64,000 bases of DNA from an uncultured delta proteobacterium (GTDB taxonomy: Bacteria; Myxococcota_A; Polyangia; Polyangiales; Houyiibacteriaceae), in contig CAVOVB010000010.1 of NCBI GenBank assembly GCA_963699755.1, forward strand, positions 1 through 64,000, read 5' to 3'. Below, in pieces: positions 60,789-64,000 of this stretch. Every line of letters begins with the position of its first letter. Position 1 is the first letter of the stretch. The translations under genes and the position numbers were made by a program. The notes below the pieces were generated by a model, which did no database searches, had not been told where the DNA came from, and was given only the letters and a program-made list of their open reading frames with translations.

Positions 60789-60865
60789 GGCAATGGTAGT
60801 AGGGGCAATCCGTGCCTGGGGAGTCTCTTGATTTCGTGGGCTCGTGGGGGGCGGAGAGTGTCCTC

Positions 60866-63319
60866 TTAGAGGATTAGGTTGAGGATTTTGTTGGGGACCC
60901 AGATGGTCTTGCGGACGGGCTTGTTGTCGAGCTGGCTGCTCAGGGCTTTGCGGGCGGCGGCCAGAGCCTGGGCTTCGCTGGCATCTTTGGGAAGGGTGAT
61001 GCGGCCCCGAACTTTGCCGTTGATTTGGACGGGCACCTCGACTTGGTCTTCTTCACAGAGGGCAGGGTCGTAACTCGGCCAGGGTTGGTTCTGGATGCTC
61101 GGGCTGTGACCAAGCATTTCCCAGAGCTCCTCGCCGATGTGCGGGGCGAAGGGATGAAGGAGCTTGGCGAGCACTTCCAGTACTTCGATCGGAACCACGT
61201 CGAGCTTCATGAGCTCGTTGCTGAGAACCATCATCGCGCTGATCGCAGTGTTGAAGCGCATCCCTTCGATGTCTTCGGTGCATTTGCGAATCGTTCGATG
61301 CAAGAGGCGCGTCAGCGGCTCGTCGGGCTCGGCGTCTCCGTCCGCCCGCAGCGTGACGGTGAAGACCCGGTCGAGGAAGCGGCGCACCCCGGCAATCGAG
61401 CTGGTGCTCCAGGGTTTGGTCGCCTCGAGCGGGCCCATGAACATTTCGTAGATGCGCATCGAGTCGGCCCCAAACTCGCGCACGATGTCATCGGGGTTGA
61501 CGACGTTGCCCCGCGACTTGCTCATTTTCTGGCCGCCCTCCCCGAGAATCATCCCCTGGTGAACCAGCTTCTTGAAGGGTTCCTTGGTGGGGACGACGCC
61601 GGCGTCATACAGCACCTTGTGCCAGAAGCGCGCGTACAAGAGGTGGAGAACCGCGTGTTCGGCGCCCCCCACGTAGAGGTCGACCGGAAGCCAGTGCTTT
61701 GCGAGCTCGGTCGAGCAGAGCGTTTCGGTGTTGTGCGGGTCGATGAAGCGGAGGTAGTACCAGCAGGACCCGGCCCACTGCGGCATCGTGTTGGTCTCGC
61801 GTGCAAACCACTGTCCGTCTTTTTGGAAGAAGCGCCAATCGCGGGCGCGTGCGAGCACGCCTGCCGGGTCATCGCCGGGCTTGTAGTCGTCGAGCTCGGG
61901 CAATTGAAGCGGCAGCTCGCTCTGTGCAAGCGCCTTGGGCTGATCATATCGAATACGGAACTCGGCGCCCGCACGTGGATCGCCCGCGGTTTCGACCGGG
62001 AAGTAGATCGGAATCGGCTCCCCCCAGTACCGCTGCCTCGAGAAGTTCCAGTCGCGGAGTTTGTATTCGACGCGTGCGCGTCCCTTCCCCGCAGCCTCGA
62101 GGTCCTGGGTGACCCTGTTTTTGAACTCCGCCGTTTTCAAGCCGTCGTACTTCCCAGAGTTAACGCTCACGCCCTGCTCGACCATCGCTTCTTTCAGGGG
62201 ACTGCCGCTCGGTGCGCCGGTCTTGCTGACCACCTCGATGATCGGTATGCCGTGCGCGGTCGCGAACTCGAAGTCGCGCTCGTCGTGTGCGGGTACAGCC
62301 ATGATCGCGCCGGTGCCATAGCCCCAGAGCACGTAGTCGGCGATGTAGATCGGAATCTCGGCACCGTTGACCGGGTTGATCGCCAAGCCGCCGGTGAAGA
62401 CACCGGTCTTTTCCTTGCTCGCTTGGCGGTCACGTTCGCTCTTGTTCTTGGCCAGCTCGACGTAGGCTTCGACTTCCGGACGCTGTGCATCCATCGTCAC
62501 CTGCTCGACCAGAGGATGCTCCGGCGCGAGCACCATGAAGGTCGCGCCAAAAAGCGTGTCCGGCCGCGTGGTGAACACTTCGATCGTCGCGTCGTGTCCG
62601 ACGACGGCGAACTTCACTTCGGCCCCTTCGGAACGCCCGATCCATTCCTGTTGCATGATGCGCGTACTGTTCGGCCACTCGACGCCGTCGAGGTCTGCCA
62701 GGAGCCGGTCGGCGTACGCAGTGATCTTCAGCACCCACTGGCGAAGTGGGACACGCTCGACCGGATGCCCTCCTCGCTCGCTGAGGCCGTTGATCACCTC
62801 TTCGTTGGCGAGCACCGTGCCGAGCGCCGCGCACCAGTTCACCGGAATCTCACTCTGGTACGCGAGCCCCCGCTCGAAGAGCTTGAGAAAGATCCACTGC
62901 GTCCACTTCACGTAATCGGGTGAGGTCGTGTCGATCTCGCGGGCCCAGTCGTAGCTGAAACCGAGCATTTTGAGCTGACGCTTGAAGGTCGCGATGTTCG
63001 TAGCGGTGGTCTCGCGCGGATGGGTGCCGGTGAGGATCGCATGCTGCTCTGCGGGCAAACCAAATGCATCCCAGCCCATCGGATGAAGCACGTCGTAGCC
63101 GGCGGCGCGGCGATAGCGGGCCATGATGTCGGTCGCCGTGTAGCCCTCGGGATGCCCGACGTGCAGGCCCGAGCCCGAGGGATACGGGAACATGTCCAGG
63201 ATGTATGCTTTCGGATGGTCGCCGCCTTCGGGCGTGCGGAACGTGTCGTCCTTCTCCCAAAAGGCCTGCCACTTGGGCTCAATCGTCGCTGGGTCGTAGC
63301 GCGTCATCGCGCCTGCCAT
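60866..63319 (-). CDS. leuS: Leucine--tRNA ligase
   Basis: [39 protein letters not shown]. Confidence 0.98.
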   Translation of the reverse strand: MAGAMTRYDPATIEPKWQAFWEKDDTFRTPEGGDHPKAYILDMFPYPSGSGLHVGHPEGYTATDIMARYRRAAGYDVLHPMGWDAFGLPAEQHAILTGTHPRETTATNIATFKRQLKMLGFSYDWAREIDTTSPDYVKWTQWIFLKLFERGLAYQSEIPVNWCAALGTVLANEEVINGLSERGGHPVERVPLRQWVLKITAYADRLLADLDGVEWPNSTRIMQQEWIGRSEGAEVKFAVVGHDATIEVFTTRPDTLFGATFMVLAPEHPLVEQVTMDAQRPEVEAYVELAKNKSERDRQASKEKTGVFTGGLAINPVNGAEIPIYIADYVLWGYGTGAIMAVPAHDERDFEFATAHGIPIIEVVSKTGAPSGSPLKEAMVEQGVSVNSGKYDGLKTAEFKNRVTQDLEAAGKGRARVEYKLRDWNFSRQRYWGEPIPIYFPVETAGDPRAGAEFRIRYDQPKALAQSELPLQLPELDDYKPGDDPAGVLARARDWRFFQKDGQWFARETNTMPQWAGSCWYYLRFIDPHNTETLCSTELAKHWLPVDLYVGGAEHAVLHLLYARFWHKVLYDAGVVPTKEPFKKLVHQGMILGEGGQKMSKSRGNVVNPDDIVREFGADSMRIYEMFMGPLEATKPWSTSSIAGVRRFLDRVFTVTLRADGDAEPDEPLTRLLHRTIRKCTEDIEGMRFNTAISAMMVLSNELMKLDVVPIEVLEVLAKLLHPFAPHIGEELWEMLGHSPSIQNQPWPSYDPALCEEDQVEVPVQINGKVRGRITLPKDASEAQALAAARKALSSQLDNKPVRKTIWVPNKILNLIL

Positions 63320-63344
63320 AGCACGGCGGCACGCGGGTCGCGAT

Positions 63345-64000
63345 CTATGGACAGCTACGGAGCTGGGCGATCCACTCGCTCAGAAGCTGAGTGCCGAACG
63401 GGTCGACGTTCGAGGTGCCAAGCGAAGGCATGCGCTGCTCGGCATCGAGGTCGAATCTTTGCATGATGCCGGAGCCGGCTGGATCTCGGGGCGCGATGCG
63501 AGGCGTGCCTTGCCACTCGGGGAAGTACCTCATGGGCTCGCAGAGCCCGCTTTCTTCGAGGGAGACTTCGTAGCGCAGGTCGAGTCCGTGGAGCGCCGTG
63601 TCCGCGTAGGCGTTGGGCCGGTGGCAGTGCGAGCAGTTCGCGTCGAGGTACGCCCGGGCTCGGTCCTCGAGGCTCCCCTCGCCCTCATGAGGATTCGCCA
63701 TCCTTGGCTCGGCGCTGGGCTCGATTTCTCCAGCCGGGTCGATGACCTTGGATAGCAGGTCGATCTCTGTCATCGCGGCGAGCTGGTTCACGACCACGCC
63801 ATCGTAGTTGTGGAGGCGGTTGATCTGAGCGGTCTTCGGGCCCAGCACCTCATGAAAACCCTCGAAGTGGCAGGCGGTGCAATCTTCGCGCTGCGGGAAC
63901 AGATACTCGATGACTTCGGGCCCGCCGCTTGCTTGAATCGTGTATTCGACGGTCTTGCGCGCCTCGAGGAGCTCTGCGTCGGTGCCATCGTCGTTCCACT
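63345..64000 (-). CDS. Di-heme c-type cytochrome domain protein (SO2930-like), 5' end outside the window
   Basis: Frame open to the window edge; CTACH and [19 protein letters not shown]. Confidence 0.8.
   Translation of the reverse strand, partial: WNDDGTDAELLEARKTVEYTIQASGGPEVIEYLFPQREDCTACHFEGFHEVLGPKTAQINRLHNYDGVVVNQLAAMTEIDLLSKVIDPAGEIEPSAEPRMANPHEGEGSLEDRARAYLDANCSHCHRPNAYADTALHGLDLRYEVSLEESGLCEPMRYFPEWQGTPRIAPRDPAGSGIMQRFDLDAEQRMPSLGTSNVDPFGTQLLSEWIAQLRSCP

Noticed and set aside
61025..62923. 632 aa ORF antisense to leuS, and similar long antisense ORFs at 43064..44707, 55252..56409, 31347..32402, 41670..42689 and 26324..27274
   Set aside because: Shadow ORFs expected from high-GC codon bias opposite well-supported genes; no recognisable motifs.

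Overview
High-GC window from a myxobacterium (Myxococcota, probably Polyangia; inferred from mglB-mglA, an AglZ-like coiled-coil protein, Ser/Thr kinases and an FHA-sigma54 activator). Most of it is core genome: acnA, the rimP-nusA-infB-rbfA-truB operon, HU, ybeY, eno, lgt, mutS2, mutL-miaA, gcvT-gcvH-gcvPA, sppA, mglBA and leuS. There are two accessory regions. (1) About 1.9-4.0 kb: a RidA remnant, a tyrosine-recombinase remnant, an excisionase-like HTH gene and a frameshifted integrase. The element ends just before the V-P-Y-M-A-P-E codons of a Ser/Thr kinase whose 5' half is missing from the window. (2) A 5.6 kb island in tRNA-Cys, bounded by a 49 bp direct repeat and paired 12-bp-period arm-type repeats. 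It carries an intact integrase, a gene with one internal TGA and two secreted-protein genes. Each secreted-protein gene has its own sigma54-type promoter and is followed by the same ~31 bp sequence, which encodes an orphan GAFEVQ-stop protein tail, giving a cassette-like layout. Core-genome oddities include a biotin-carboxylase-like pseudoenzyme, a MutL without endonuclease motifs, an orphan TatT-TatP pair and a GT2/UPF0104/DUF2723 putative glycosylation module. All family assignments come from motifs recognised by eye; no searches were run.
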